Source: an uncultured Bdellovibrionales bacterium (GTDB lineage Bacteria > Patescibacteriota > Minisyncoccia > Moranbacterales > DUUL01). From it: a stretch of 64,000 nt of DNA. The notes beneath the pieces are model-generated. The model made no database searches. It was not told where the DNA came from and saw only the letters and a list, made by a program, of their open reading frames with translations. This document shows positions 9,862 to 19,806 of this stretch, piece by piece. The first letter of the stretch is position 1. Each line of letters opens with the position of its first letter. The stretch covers positions 95,854 through 159,853 of the forward strand of contig CAZKWX010000001.1 in the NCBI GenBank assembly GCA_964556685.1, written 5' to 3'. The translations under genes and the position numbers were made by a program.

Positions 9862-11256
9862 CTACATATTCAACTTCTTCTTCAAATACTCTTTTAACTC
9901 ATTAATCTTCACCCGATCCTGCTTCATGGTGTCTCGATCGCGCACGGTCACAGCTTTATCTTCCAAAGATTCAAAGTCAAATGTGACACAAAGTGGCGTT
10001 CCAATTTCATCTTGTCTTCGATAGCGCTTTCCGATTGATTGCGTTTCGTCATATTCGGCCACAAATTCGTTTTTAAGATCCTCAAAAATTTCTTTGGCTG
10101 GATCGGTCAAAGTCTCTTTTTTCGCCAACGGCAACACAGCCACTTTCACTGGAGCGATTTTTTTATCCAGTTTTAGAAATACTCTGGTCTCGCCTTTAAC
10201 TTCTTCCTCTCGATAGGCGTCCATTAATAAAATAGTAATCAATCGCGAAAGACCAAAGGTCGGTTCAACCACATGAGGAACTATTTTCTTTCCGTCTTCA
10301 CCAACATATTTCAAATCCTGACCAGAGTGCTTTTCATGATTAGCCAGATCATAATCAGTGCGATAGGCACAGGCAAACATCTCCTTGAAACCCCAAGGGA
10401 ATTTATATTCCAGATCTTCGGTCCTTTTTGAATAGAAAGACAACTCAAATTCTTCGTGCGGTCGCCAGCGAAGATTTTTTTTGTTAATCCCCAATTCCAG
10501 TGCAAAATCATGAATTTCTTTTTGCCAATATTCAAACAACTCTTCCCATTTTTGTTTTTCCGGATCAAAGAAATATTCAAATTCCATCAGATCGAATTCC
10601 AAAGTTCGAAACGTAAATTGACCTTTGGTGATTTCATTGCGAAAAGCTTTCCCCACTTGGCCAATTCCAAAAGGCAATTTGGGCCGCATCGAATCCAAAA
10701 TATTCTTGAAATTAGTGAACAATCCCTGGGCAATTTCGCCTCGCAAGTAGGCTTTATTTTTTTCACCCACAATGATGCCAATTTCAGTTTCGAAAAGATT
10801 GTTAAACTTCCGAGCGGGAGTCATTTCGTTTCCATCGGGACTTTTGATGTCTTCTTTTTCAATTATTTCCTGCAACTCGCCGGCGCTTTTTCCGTCTACT
10901 TTTACTTCCTTTCCTTTGGCGGTAAAATAATCTTCAATTACGTGGTCGGCTCGATGACGCTGATGAGTCACTTTGTCTTCCACCATCACATCAGCAAAGC
11001 CCGCTACATGACCAGAAGCTTCCCAAATTTTGGGATTAACAATGATTGAAGAGTCGATTCCATATATGTCTTTTCGATCACGAATAAACTTTTTCCACCA
11101 AAGATCTTTGGCGTTTTCTTTCATTTCGGCTCCATAAGGCCCATAGTCATAGGCGTTAGCTAAGCCACCATAAAGCTCTGACGACGGAAAAATAAATCCT
11201 CGCCGTTTGCACAGCGAAACAACTTTGCTCAATAAATCATCTTTGTTATTGTCCAT
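9862..11256 (-). CDS. glyQS: glycine--tRNA ligase (dimeric class II type)
   Basis: Class II aaRS motifs and the typical GlyRS N-terminus (FIFPSSELYGGLANAYDYGPYG). 464 aa. Confidence 0.9.
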   Translation of the reverse strand: MDNNKDDLLSKVVSLCKRRGFIFPSSELYGGLANAYDYGPYGAEMKENAKDLWWKKFIRDRKDIYGIDSSIIVNPKIWEASGHVAGFADVMVEDKVTHQRHRADHVIEDYFTAKGKEVKVDGKSAGELQEIIEKEDIKSPDGNEMTPARKFNNLFETEIGIIVGEKNKAYLRGEIAQGLFTNFKNILDSMRPKLPFGIGQVGKAFRNEITKGQFTFRTLEFDLMEFEYFFDPEKQKWEELFEYWQKEIHDFALELGINKKNLRWRPHEEFELSFYSKRTEDLEYKFPWGFKEMFACAYRTDYDLANHEKHSGQDLKYVGEDGKKIVPHVVEPTFGLSRLITILLMDAYREEEVKGETRVFLKLDKKIAPVKVAVLPLAKKETLTDPAKEIFEDLKNEFVAEYDETQSIGKRYRRQDEIGTPLCVTFDFESLEDKAVTVRDRDTMKQDRVKINELKEYLKKKLNM

Positions 11257-11784
11257 TGTTATAAATTACGGATTACAGATCAGATACAAATATACAGATG
11301 TACGAATAATCCTAAACTCTAATAGAAGATTTTTTATTAGTATATTCGTATTTGATTCGTCTCTCGAAGGGAGATCACCCTCCGGGTGATAATTAGTAGA
11401 GAAAAACAAAACCCGTCCCAATAATCCCAAACATATTGTCTGAAATCATCAGGACGAGCTTCTTCTATCTTCAGTACTAGCTACAAGTTACTAGTTACTG
11501 AACTACCCGCGGTTCCACCTGAATTCGTTTTGTTACGTAGCATGCTACGTAACAAACGCTCTTGTTTTTGTTGCTAACTCCGGGGTGCCAATCTCCCATC
11601 AACATTAGCGAAACTAGAAATAAGTATAAATCTTTTTATTTGCATGTCAATAGCAAAATCCACGATTTCAAATCCCCCCTACTTCGTCCCGAATGCTCGG
11701 GACTTCGAAGGGCAGGCCTGAAAAATGTGGCTCATGCTTCGCCTACATTTTTTCCCCCTTTGCTAAAAGGGGAAATTTCCTCTC

Positions 11785-14343
11785 TCATTCCTGAATCCTC
11801 TTTTCCAATACCATCGCCACAAAACTATCCCTTTCTAATTTGCTTTGAAATATGGCTGTGCTCTCTTTCACTTCCAATTCCCTGGGATACTGCCAAGCTA
11901 CTTGAGTACCGCTGTCATATTTAACTACAGAGTTAATTCTGGAGTTAATTGACCCGGCTTGTTTTTGAAACAATATTGAATATGAATCACCTTCGCCACT
12001 GAGGTCCACCTTGAAAGGCAACTTATACTTATATTCAATTTCCATTGTCTCCTTGGGTGATACATAGGTCCAATTGGCAAAAACTGTCTTGTTTTCCTCT
12101 TTATAAACTCGCGTGCCAGTTTCATGATCGACCTGCATACTCATTTCTTGAGCTAGCACATCTGAATCTGTTGCGAAGCCCAAAGCTTCATAGTCAACTG
12201 GTGGATCTGTGAATTCCCTTGTTTGACCTTTCACTTCCAGGAGCTCACTGCCTTTGGGCACATAAACTCGCATATAATTCGCATTGACTTGATCGTGCCA
12301 TTCTTTCCCTGTGTCGCCTCCTCGATGATATCGCCGCACTTTGACCGTATTGACAACTGAACCATCTGATTGAATTTCTGCTGAATGTGAAATTTCTTCA
12401 TCAATCACGCCGTCAGTTTTGAAGCCATTGATGTTGGAATTTATCACCATTAAATAATCTTTTTCAGTTTGCAACACTTCACCGGACCAACCTCGTTTTG
12501 AAATTACTCCTTGCACTTCTTCGTTGGTTGAATGGAGCAGAATGTGTTTTTCCTTCAGAGCAGTTGAGAAAATATTCATTATCTTAGCAGCACTGCGAGG
12601 ATCCTTCTGCTCAAACAAGCGGCCAATAATTTGAGGTGCCAAATCAGCCAGAATTTGCTTGGGCTGATTCTCTTCCTTATCAAAATCCACTTCAACCTCT
12701 TGCTGCACCTCCTGCATGAAATTTTCGCTGGAAATAACTTTCTCATATTCTTCCATATTAATCGGCCCAGTCACTTCTAGCATTTTTTGCAGCACCGTGG
12801 GCGTCAGGGTGATAATTCCGTCAACCGTCGGACCGCCCGTTTTTTCATAGAACCAAGAGATTTTTTCGGCTGAAGTGGGAAAATGAGGAAACCAATTGGC
12901 ATCGTGAGTTGACCAGCCAGCCGAAATCTTTTGGATCGGTTTGGGCGGAATGACATTTTCTGAAAGATGCCAGTCGGGATTATAAATTCCATCAATAAAA
13001 AGCTCTTTTATCCTTCCATCGCTGATGTGTAATATTCCATAACTGCCCACAAATCCACCGGTGGCTCTCATTTCGTGATTGTTTTGAAACAGCAAGAGGT
13101 ATTTTCGCGGACCGTTGTGGCCTAAAATCTCCAAAAACACTTGCGAATTTTGATCAATATCGTTAACTGCTTTGGAAAAAATCGGGAGATTTTTTTTGAT
13201 CATGCTCACTTTGGCTTGATATTCATCTGGCAAATCTGTCACGTCAACTTTGGCTATTTTTTCTTCTGCAATCACCAGCGACCCTCTGGCTTCCTTGATG
13301 TGACCGTTAGCTTTAAGATAGACATCAGTGAGCGATTGATTGCTTTCTGGATCAAAAGGATTTTTGACACCATTCAGCACTTGGGCCACTTGAGCCAATT
13401 CATAGCTGGCTTTAGCCAATTCATTTCCTGCTTCAACTAGGTTTTTTCCGCTGCTCAATTTTGATAAAAATGGCAAACCCGAAAAAATATCTAGCACATC
13501 GCCCCCAAGTTTCTCCATCTGCTCTTGGGCTCGACCAAATTCCTCAATGGCATCTTCGAAATTGCTGTTGGCCGAGTCATAATTCTTGCTTTCGAAAGCA
13601 GCGGTCGCAGCCATCAAACGCTTGATGGCCATTTGCCCACCGTCTTGAGCGTTGGTTTTGACTTGAAAGCCATAAGAAAAAAACATGAAGACAAAAATCA
13701 GCACCGCTGCTGCAGCCGAAACAGCAGTAAAATTGAGTAGCGGTTTCCCCAGCCAATTCGCTCGCGGTCCATCCAAAATGTCTTGATAGTTAGAAAATAA
13801 AGAAAATTTCTTCTTGTACTTCTTTTCTTCCTCTGACAAAAAATCATCAATTTTTTCTTCCAATTCAGTTTGTCTCTGATCTTTTTGAGTTGGCAGTTGA
13901 TTATCATCTTCTGTAGAAGTCTGATATGTTACAGCTGGTGCTTGCGCAGTTTGAATAGGCTGAATAGGCAATGGCTTTCTTTCGGGTAGCTCGCCTCTTC
14001 GAACAATATCGGCATTAAAAGCTTTTCGGCTTTCTGGAACATGAGAAGATTTTATTAAATGCGGATATCGCTCTTGCTGGCTGTCAAAAACCTGATTGAA
14101 TTGAATTCTGTTGGCCTTGGCTGGAGTCACTTCCTGGACATCCATTTGTGGAAGCTGCTGTGGCTGTAATGGTTGTTGTGATTGGGGCGATTGAGAGGGT
14201 TGTGGAGGCTCTAAATCTGCTACTTCAATCGGCCTTTTTCTCTGAACTTCTTTGCCTATTCTTTCCTCTTCCTCAACCACATCTAAAAACGGACGATCTT
14301 CATCGTGCATTTGAGACGTCTTTTTTTCACGATTATCTTCCAA
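11785..14343 (-). CDS. DUF4012-domain membrane protein with Q/P-rich N-terminal region
   Basis: Low-complexity Q/P-rich N-terminus, one TM, and the conserved block LLLFQNNHEMRATGGFVGSYGIL typical of DUF4012. Confidence 0.55.
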   Translation of the reverse strand: MEDNREKKTSQMHDEDRPFLDVVEEEERIGKEVQRKRPIEVADLEPPQPSQSPQSQQPLQPQQLPQMDVQEVTPAKANRIQFNQVFDSQQERYPHLIKSSHVPESRKAFNADIVRRGELPERKPLPIQPIQTAQAPAVTYQTSTEDDNQLPTQKDQRQTELEEKIDDFLSEEEKKYKKKFSLFSNYQDILDGPRANWLGKPLLNFTAVSAAAAVLIFVFMFFSYGFQVKTNAQDGGQMAIKRLMAATAAFESKNYDSANSNFEDAIEEFGRAQEQMEKLGGDVLDIFSGLPFLSKLSSGKNLVEAGNELAKASYELAQVAQVLNGVKNPFDPESNQSLTDVYLKANGHIKEARGSLVIAEEKIAKVDVTDLPDEYQAKVSMIKKNLPIFSKAVNDIDQNSQVFLEILGHNGPRKYLLLFQNNHEMRATGGFVGSYGILHISDGRIKELFIDGIYNPDWHLSENVIPPKPIQKISAGWSTHDANWFPHFPTSAEKISWFYEKTGGPTVDGIITLTPTVLQKMLEVTGPINMEEYEKVISSENFMQEVQQEVEVDFDKEENQPKQILADLAPQIIGRLFEQKDPRSAAKIMNIFSTALKEKHILLHSTNEEVQGVISKRGWSGEVLQTEKDYLMVINSNINGFKTDGVIDEEISHSAEIQSDGSVVNTVKVRRYHRGGDTGKEWHDQVNANYMRVYVPKGSELLEVKGQTREFTDPPVDYEALGFATDSDVLAQEMSMQVDHETGTRVYKEENKTVFANWTYVSPKETMEIEYKYKLPFKVDLSGEGDSYSILFQKQAGSINSRINSVVKYDSGTQVAWQYPRELEVKESTAIFQSKLERDSFVAMVLEKRIQE

Positions 14344-14403
14344 TTTTAGTTTTGCTTTTATTTATTACTTTAAATCTGATAATAACGCCTTGCGTTTGAA
14401 ACC

Positions 14404-14573
14404 TTGAGTTACGAGACTCATCCCCCCCTCTTCTAAAGAGGGTGCTGAATTTATTAGTAATGAATTCAGGGGAGTTCGTCTGTATGGCTGGCGACTACTG
14501 TCATTCAAACTAACCTCCTCCCTGCACTCGTCTTCAACGAGCACAGCCCCTTAACAAGGGGAGGGATAAAAAC
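14404..14573. repeat. multi-hairpin repeat element, left inverted copy flanking the GT4 pair
   Basis: A 40-nt identical core (agagggtgctgaatttattagtaatgaattcaggggagtt) plus hairpin modules (ccccttaacaaggggagg) match the reverse complement of 17341..17500. Confidence 0.8.
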
Positions 14574-14574
14574 A

Positions 14575-15714
14575 TTACGCATTCTCTTTATAAATCTGTA
14601 AGATCTCTCCAGCCATTTTGCCCCAATCAAATTTCTTAAGATTCTGCAAAACTTTTTCTTCGTTAAACTTAACTCCTTCATCCACTCCTTTCTCGATCGC
14701 TTTAGCAATCGAATTAACTTTTTCAGGGTCAAAATATTCAGCACAGTCTCCCAAAATATCCGGCAGACAGGTTTTTGATGACGACATCACTGGCGTTGAT
14801 TTGGCCAGCGCCTCCAAAGGCGGCAACCCAAAACCTTCATAGAGCGATGGGAAGATATAGAACTTAGCTTCTCGATAGAGCACGTCCAGATCTCGATCTG
14901 AAACATAGCCTGGAAAAATGATTCCTTCGACTTTGTTGTTGACTGTAAATTCTTTCAGTCGGTTATAGAAATATTCTTCCCCGCCGACTAAGACCAAATT
15001 CAACTCAGGATATTTCTCTTTTGCTTTTGCATGTGCCAAAACCAGCCGCTCCAAATTCTTATGCGGATAGGCGTTCCCCACATATATTATGTACGGCTTG
15101 ATTATACCATACTTTTTGAGAATTTCCTCTGCTGGTTGCTTCGGAACATAGCATCGGAAATCACAACCCTCATGAATCATTTCTATTTTGTTAGGATCTA
15201 TTTTGAGCTCATCAATAATATCCTTTCGAGTAAAATCTGATACGGCAATCGCCTTGGCCGCCCGTCTTGCTGCACTCCAGATGATCCAATGATAGGCAGC
15301 CAGCTTAAGATAATAAAAAAACCTGTTGTGCGTGGTGTTTCGTACTGTAGGATAGTGAAAAAGAATCAAGTCGTGGATAGTAACAATAAATTTTTTTCGA
15401 TAGAGCAACGGGACATTGAAGTGACAAAAATGCATCAAATCCAGATTGAATTGGCCCAGAAAGAATGGAAATTTAAACTGTTCCGCAAAAGAATACCAGT
15501 GATAATCAGCTTCAATTTTTTTGAAGTTTTTGAACTTGGGGAGATATTCATTGAAGTTGTCTTTTTTGAGAAAAATGTAATATTCTCGCTTTAAGCTCCC
15601 TCCATCAACATCTTCAAGATATTCAACCAGTTTTTGGGCATAACGACCCAATCCCTTGCCTTTGGGACCCAAAAAACGAGCATCAATCCCAATGCGTTTT
15701 GGTTTTGTTTTCAT
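14575..15714 (-). CDS. glycosyltransferase family 4 (GT4, group 1)
   Basis: GT-B fold with a C-terminal EX7E-type region (PSLYEGFGLPPLEALA). 379 aa. Confidence 0.8.
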   Translation of the reverse strand: MKTKPKRIGIDARFLGPKGKGLGRYAQKLVEYLEDVDGGSLKREYYIFLKKDNFNEYLPKFKNFKKIEADYHWYSFAEQFKFPFFLGQFNLDLMHFCHFNVPLLYRKKFIVTIHDLILFHYPTVRNTTHNRFFYYLKLAAYHWIIWSAARRAAKAIAVSDFTRKDIIDELKIDPNKIEMIHEGCDFRCYVPKQPAEEILKKYGIIKPYIIYVGNAYPHKNLERLVLAHAKAKEKYPELNLVLVGGEEYFYNRLKEFTVNNKVEGIIFPGYVSDRDLDVLYREAKFYIFPSLYEGFGLPPLEALAKSTPVMSSSKTCLPDILGDCAEYFDPEKVNSIAKAIEKGVDEGVKFNEEKVLQNLKKFDWGKMAGEILQIYKENA

Positions 15715-15803
15715 GGCTATAGTTTATCATACATTTTAACTAAAAAAAAACGAGGCTGGTAAAACCAGCCTCTAAGTGGATTACTTGACGATGATTCAAG
15801 CAA

Positions 15804-16070
15804 CTACCAGCCTTCTTTAATATCGAAACCACAGAATTCGAGCAAGTTCGTAAGATTGACAATCAATCTATTCGACATTGCTGTTCTTTTTAAGGTGGCT
15901 TCTTTCATTCCCCCTTGGAAGATAAGTACCAGCACGGTATCGCTTGAATCAGTGTAAAACGTCGCCGCTTCTTCGTCTGCCGACATTCTAAACGGACCCT
16001 CCTCGTTGTAATCTTTGTTGAGATAATTCGCCATAGCTTTTGCCAATTCTAGAAAGCCCTTTCCTTTCAT
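15804..16070 (-). CDS. hypothetical small protein between the two GT4 genes
   Basis: 88-aa ORF in the same orientation as the flanking GT genes. No recognisable motif. Confidence 0.35.
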   Translation of the reverse strand: MKGKGFLELAKAMANYLNKDYNEEGPFRMSADEEAATFYTDSSDTVLVLIFQGGMKEATLKRTAMSNRLIVNLTNLLEFCGFDIKEGW

Positions 16071-16170
16071 ACACTCCTCCTTTTCGTTCCCTATATTCTA
16101 TTTGATTTCTTTCTGTCTGTTTATCAAATTAGTTTTCTGTGTTAACACACTTATTGCTTATTGTCAAATT

Positions 16171-17307
16171 TTATACTATTTTTACATTGATATCGGCTTT
16201 TTTCTTTATTTTCTCAGCCCGCTTTTTGCCTCTCTCCCTAAAATGATTTTGTAACTCCTTGTTTTCCAACAGATTTCTTAATGCTACATATATTTCATTG
16301 GGGTTATATGGATCAATCAAAATGGCACTGTCGCCGGCCACTTCCGGAAAAGATGAACAATTGGAAGTGATCACTGGAGTGCCAGAAGCCATTGCTTCCG
16401 CCACTGGAAAGCCAAAGCCTTCATAGAAAGAAGGATAGATAAAGATTTTCGCCATTTGATAGAGTGCCGGTTTGTCTTTTTCATCGACATAACCCGGCAA
16501 AATTATGTCGGCTTGATATTCTGAATTTTGGACTACCTGGAAAACTTCCCGGTTGGACCAACCTGATTGACCAGCAATGACGAGTTTCAGATCTAGTAGC
16601 TGAGGAGATCCCTTTTTAAGCAATTTAAAAGCTTGAATGAGCGAAACAACATTTTTTCTTGGCTCGATAGTTCCCAGAAAGAGAATAAAATCTTTCGATA
16701 GTTTATATTTATTATTCAACTTGGCCCTGTCTTCCCAGCTCAATTTAAAATCCAAATATTTCATCAGATTATTGATCGGCGTGATCACCTCAATCTTTTT
16801 TTCGTCTATTCCATAGAGTCCTGCCAAATCCTGTTTGGTTGACTCGGAAACGGCTAAAATTTTGTCAGCTCTTCGACACAGTCGACGCGAATTGATGACA
16901 AAATGCCAAACTCTTTTTTTGAATGAAAAAAATTCTGGGAACCTTTCAAAAGAAAGATCGTGAATGGTCAGCACCATTTGACATTTATCCGAAACTGACA
17001 CAAAGCCAATGTTGGGCGCAAAAAAAACATTCACTCCGCCGAGCAGGATGTCAATTTTGGGCCAGCCGAAAAACCAAATCAATCCATTGAGCAGTTTGTT
17101 GGGATAGCTATACTTTCTTATTTCTACATTCGGATATTCTTCTAGCCATTTGAGATCCGTTTCAATTTTCTTGAATGAATTGATAAACAAAACATATTGG
17201 TTTTCTCGATCATTCTCCAAGGTCTTTTTCAAAAAGCCCACGGCATATTCTTCCACCCCGGTTATTTTGCCCTCCGTTAGACATCTGATGTCAATTCCAA
17301 TGGTCAT
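16171..17307 (-). CDS. glycosyltransferase family 4 (GT4, group 1)
   Basis: GT-B fold with a C-terminal EX7E region ([21 protein letters not shown]). 378 aa. Confidence 0.8.
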   Translation of the reverse strand: MTIGIDIRCLTEGKITGVEEYAVGFLKKTLENDRENQYVLFINSFKKIETDLKWLEEYPNVEIRKYSYPNKLLNGLIWFFGWPKIDILLGGVNVFFAPNIGFVSVSDKCQMVLTIHDLSFERFPEFFSFKKRVWHFVINSRRLCRRADKILAVSESTKQDLAGLYGIDEKKIEVITPINNLMKYLDFKLSWEDRAKLNNKYKLSKDFILFLGTIEPRKNVVSLIQAFKLLKKGSPQLLDLKLVIAGQSGWSNREVFQVVQNSEYQADIILPGYVDEKDKPALYQMAKIFIYPSFYEGFGFPVAEAMASGTPVITSNCSSFPEVAGDSAILIDPYNPNEIYVALRNLLENKELQNHFRERGKKRAEKIKKKADINVKIV

Positions 17308-17340
17308 TTTCCGTTTTTCTCTATAATATTATGTTGGTAT

Positions 17341-17500
17341 GTTTTCCTCCCCTTGCTAAGGGGAGGGCTGAAAAGCGGATGAGCTTTTCAGGAGGGGTTA
17401 GTCTAAATGGCAGTAGTCACCAGCCACTTGGACTAACTCCCCTGAATTCATTACTAATAAATTCAGCACCCTCTTACCAAGAGGGGGAACGCAAACTCTA
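17341..17500. repeat. multi-hairpin repeat element, right inverted copy flanking the GT4 pair
   Basis: Reverse-complement homolog of 14404..14573. It contains hairpins cctccccttgctaaggggagg, gctgaaaagc..gcttttcag and ccctcttaccaagaggg. Confidence 0.8.
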
Positions 17501-17545
17501 ATAGTTAACGTTGCTAAATATAATAAATCAAATTAACTTTTCATA

Positions 17546-18160
17546 TCAATCCTCCTTCCAATAATGTTTAGTCATCACTCCAAAAATTGCAAAAAGAAGT
17601 CCCAAAATGATAGCACTGGTCAGCACGGCCAAAAATGGCGCCTGCTTTCTTTCCACCACCGGACCAGTGAAAACAGGCTTGAACCAATCTTGTTGAGCTG
17701 AATCGGCTTTGAGCATTTCCACTCGATCCGAAACTACCATGTTGACTGATTTAGAAATCGCATTCGCTTGATCAGGATGCATCACCAAAAATTTCACCTG
17801 AATATAGGCTGGTGCCAATTGTTCTGCTTTAAATGAATTTTTATATTCCGCTAAAGCATCTCCTTGAACCCCCAGTTTGGACTGAGAATAAATAGCCCCC
17901 ACCATGCCTGGCTCCTTGAGCCATTGAGTGACAGTTTTGGCAAATTGGTCGTCGGCTTCCAAACGATAAAACTGATCAAAATCATACTCTTTGGCTTGAC
18001 TTCTTGAGCCTTCCCGAGTGATGTCAACTGAAATCATGGCTTGAAAGTGTCGCGGCCAAAAAGACAGCACAATTAGCCCAATCAAAACTATGCCCAACCA
18101 AATCCCCCAAAAGAGATTTTTGTGCCTTTTGATTATTTGGATGTATAGTTTTAGTTCCAT
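17546..18160 (-). CDS. Wzz-like polysaccharide chain-length determinant family protein
   Basis: TM helices at the N- and C-termini bracket a soluble domain. The gene lies adjacent to glycosyltransferases. Confidence 0.45.
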   Translation of the reverse strand: MELKLYIQIIKRHKNLFWGIWLGIVLIGLIVLSFWPRHFQAMISVDITREGSRSQAKEYDFDQFYRLEADDQFAKTVTQWLKEPGMVGAIYSQSKLGVQGDALAEYKNSFKAEQLAPAYIQVKFLVMHPDQANAISKSVNMVVSDRVEMLKADSAQQDWFKPVFTGPVVERKQAPFLAVLTSAIILGLLFAIFGVMTKHYWKED

Positions 18161-18377
18161 ATGAATTATTTTTTGTCATCCCGGACTTGATCCGGGATCC
18201 AGTGACTTTTCATTTCATCTGTTCTCCACCTGAGATATCTACGTAGATATCTCAGTAGCAACTTTATATCTAGTATTTCAATATACTGAATGAAGCGAAA
18301 AAAATCAAATTAAAAACAGGCCGCGAAAGGAAATTTCCTGGACCTGTTCTTTTGGTATTTTAAAAAAAGACCCCGCA

Positions 18378-18620
18378 TCATACTTTTCTCCTCTTTTTGA
18401 ATTTTATGCTACCCGTCATAATTGAAAGAAGACCGGCGCAAATCAATGATGTTATCATTGCCAGGCATCCGACAATAAATCTGGCAATGATACATAACAC
18501 ATAAATCAACTCTTTTAAACCATTTGTTGCTACCAATATCATAATGACACCTCCTTTGATTTTCCTCTTTTTAATAAAAAACTGGTCATAAATACTACAA
18601 CAGGCATAAATAAAAATCAA
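18378..18620 (-). CDS. small membrane protein
   Basis: 80-aa ORF with two predicted TM helices. Confidence 0.3.
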   Translation of the reverse strand: MIFIYACCSIYDQFFIKKRKIKGGVIMILVATNGLKELIYVLCIIARFIVGCLAMITSLICAGLLSIMTGSIKFKKRRKV

Positions 18621-18699
18621 ATAAAAAAGGCGGCATAGTTGAATATTACATTACCATGCCTGCCTTTCCTCAAATTTTTATTAGGACTTTTTTCTTTTT

Positions 18700-18867
18700 C
18701 TAGACGCGGGGAGCCACGAAAGTTACCTCCTCACCCCAACGGCAGAAAAAAGTTCTTCCTGTTTGCTTAATGCTCGCGACATTAAAAACGTCTGCGTCAT
18801 CAGGACCATCACCTTCTCGTTCAGCTTCTTTTGCTTTTATGTGCTCCTCGAAATTCGGTAATTCCAT
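18700..18867 (-). CDS. small acidic hypothetical protein (55 aa)
   Basis: Not in the ORF track. A strong SD (GGAGGTGGG) lies 8 nt upstream of the ATG. Sequence: MELPNFEEHIKAKEAEREGDGPDDADVFNVASIKQTGRTFFCRWGEEVTFVAPRV. Confidence 0.35.
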   Translation of the reverse strand: MELPNFEEHIKAKEAEREGDGPDDADVFNVASIKQTGRTFFCRWGEEVTFVAPRV

Positions 18868-18989
18868 TAAACCCACCTCCTTTTATTTTTTTAGCACGTA
18901 GCTCATGTCCTATCTGTTCATACAGATTTTGTCAATAATAATTACAAAGGGGCATTGCAATGCTTCCACAACGCCCCAAAAGTTCAAAA

Positions 18990-19379
18990 TTACACTCTCC
19001 GTTCCTGGATTGTTCCCTCCTCTCTAAGAATGAAGAGCCTGCCAAGATACGGCATCAATTCAGGGTTATCCTTGGAAATAATTATAATATTCCTCAGATA
19101 TAACTGGATTTTGAGCATGATGCTCAAATCTCCAATGTTCTTACAAACTAAGAAATGAACAGTCGAGCCCACCTCCAGAGACAGGATATCAATTGCCTCT
19201 CTGTCAGCATAAACATTGTAAGCCAGCTCTCCCACTTCTGGGAATAGATCGCTATCTAACAATGCCAGATGAAGCTCTCTTGCTTTCTTGACCGTAAATT
19301 CCCCAATATCTCCCTCTGACAACAATAAAACTTTGATTGGAGGCGGTTGTTTTTTTCTCATACGGCACCTCCTACCCAT
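18990..19379 (-). CDS. hypothetical protein
   Basis: 129-aa ORF with no motif I recognise. Confidence 0.35.
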   Translation of the reverse strand: MGRRCRMRKKQPPPIKVLLLSEGDIGEFTVKKARELHLALLDSDLFPEVGELAYNVYADREAIDILSLEVGSTVHFLVCKNIGDLSIMLKIQLYLRNIIIISKDNPELMPYLGRLFILREEGTIQERRV

Positions 19380-19555
19380 TGATTCTCATCCATTCTGTTT
19401 ACTGTTCTCGTTTTTAGCTCCGGCATTTTTTCCTCCTCCATTTCAGCTCGAGTTATAAGGTCCCCACCCCCTTGTTGTTGTGATATGTACAATAAATCTT
19501 ATTTTATTCTTAGTACGCATTTTTGTCAAGACTTATTGACAAAAACTAAAATAAC

Positions 19556-19590
19556 CAAAAACCCGCCTCTAGCAAGCGGGTTTTTGGTTT
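19556..19590 (-). terminator. rho-independent terminator downstream of the 921-aa repeat protein gene
   Basis: AAAACCCGC-ctctagcaa-GCGGGTTTT hairpin with T-rich tails on both strands. Confidence 0.5.
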
Positions 19591-19806
19591 AATCTGAAAG
19601 AACTTTTTGCTTAAGCAAGTGCGCACGCACCACAATCGTCTTGCTCAATCTCACCTTGATTCTTTCGCGAGACGATCTATAAAAATATTGAGAACGTACC
19701 AAAATCAGTACGCTCCTTTTGTTTCTATTTTTTCTAGAAACACGAAATAATTATAAACCAGTCCGATTGATCGGTCAACAATAACTTTTCCACAATTAGT
19801 AAATCT

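Noticed and set aside
11562-11924. 120-aa plus-strand ORF
   Set aside because: It spans an intergenic hairpin-repeat copy and the 3' end of the DUF4012 gene on the opposite strand. Its peptide is repeat-encoded (PLLKGEISS).
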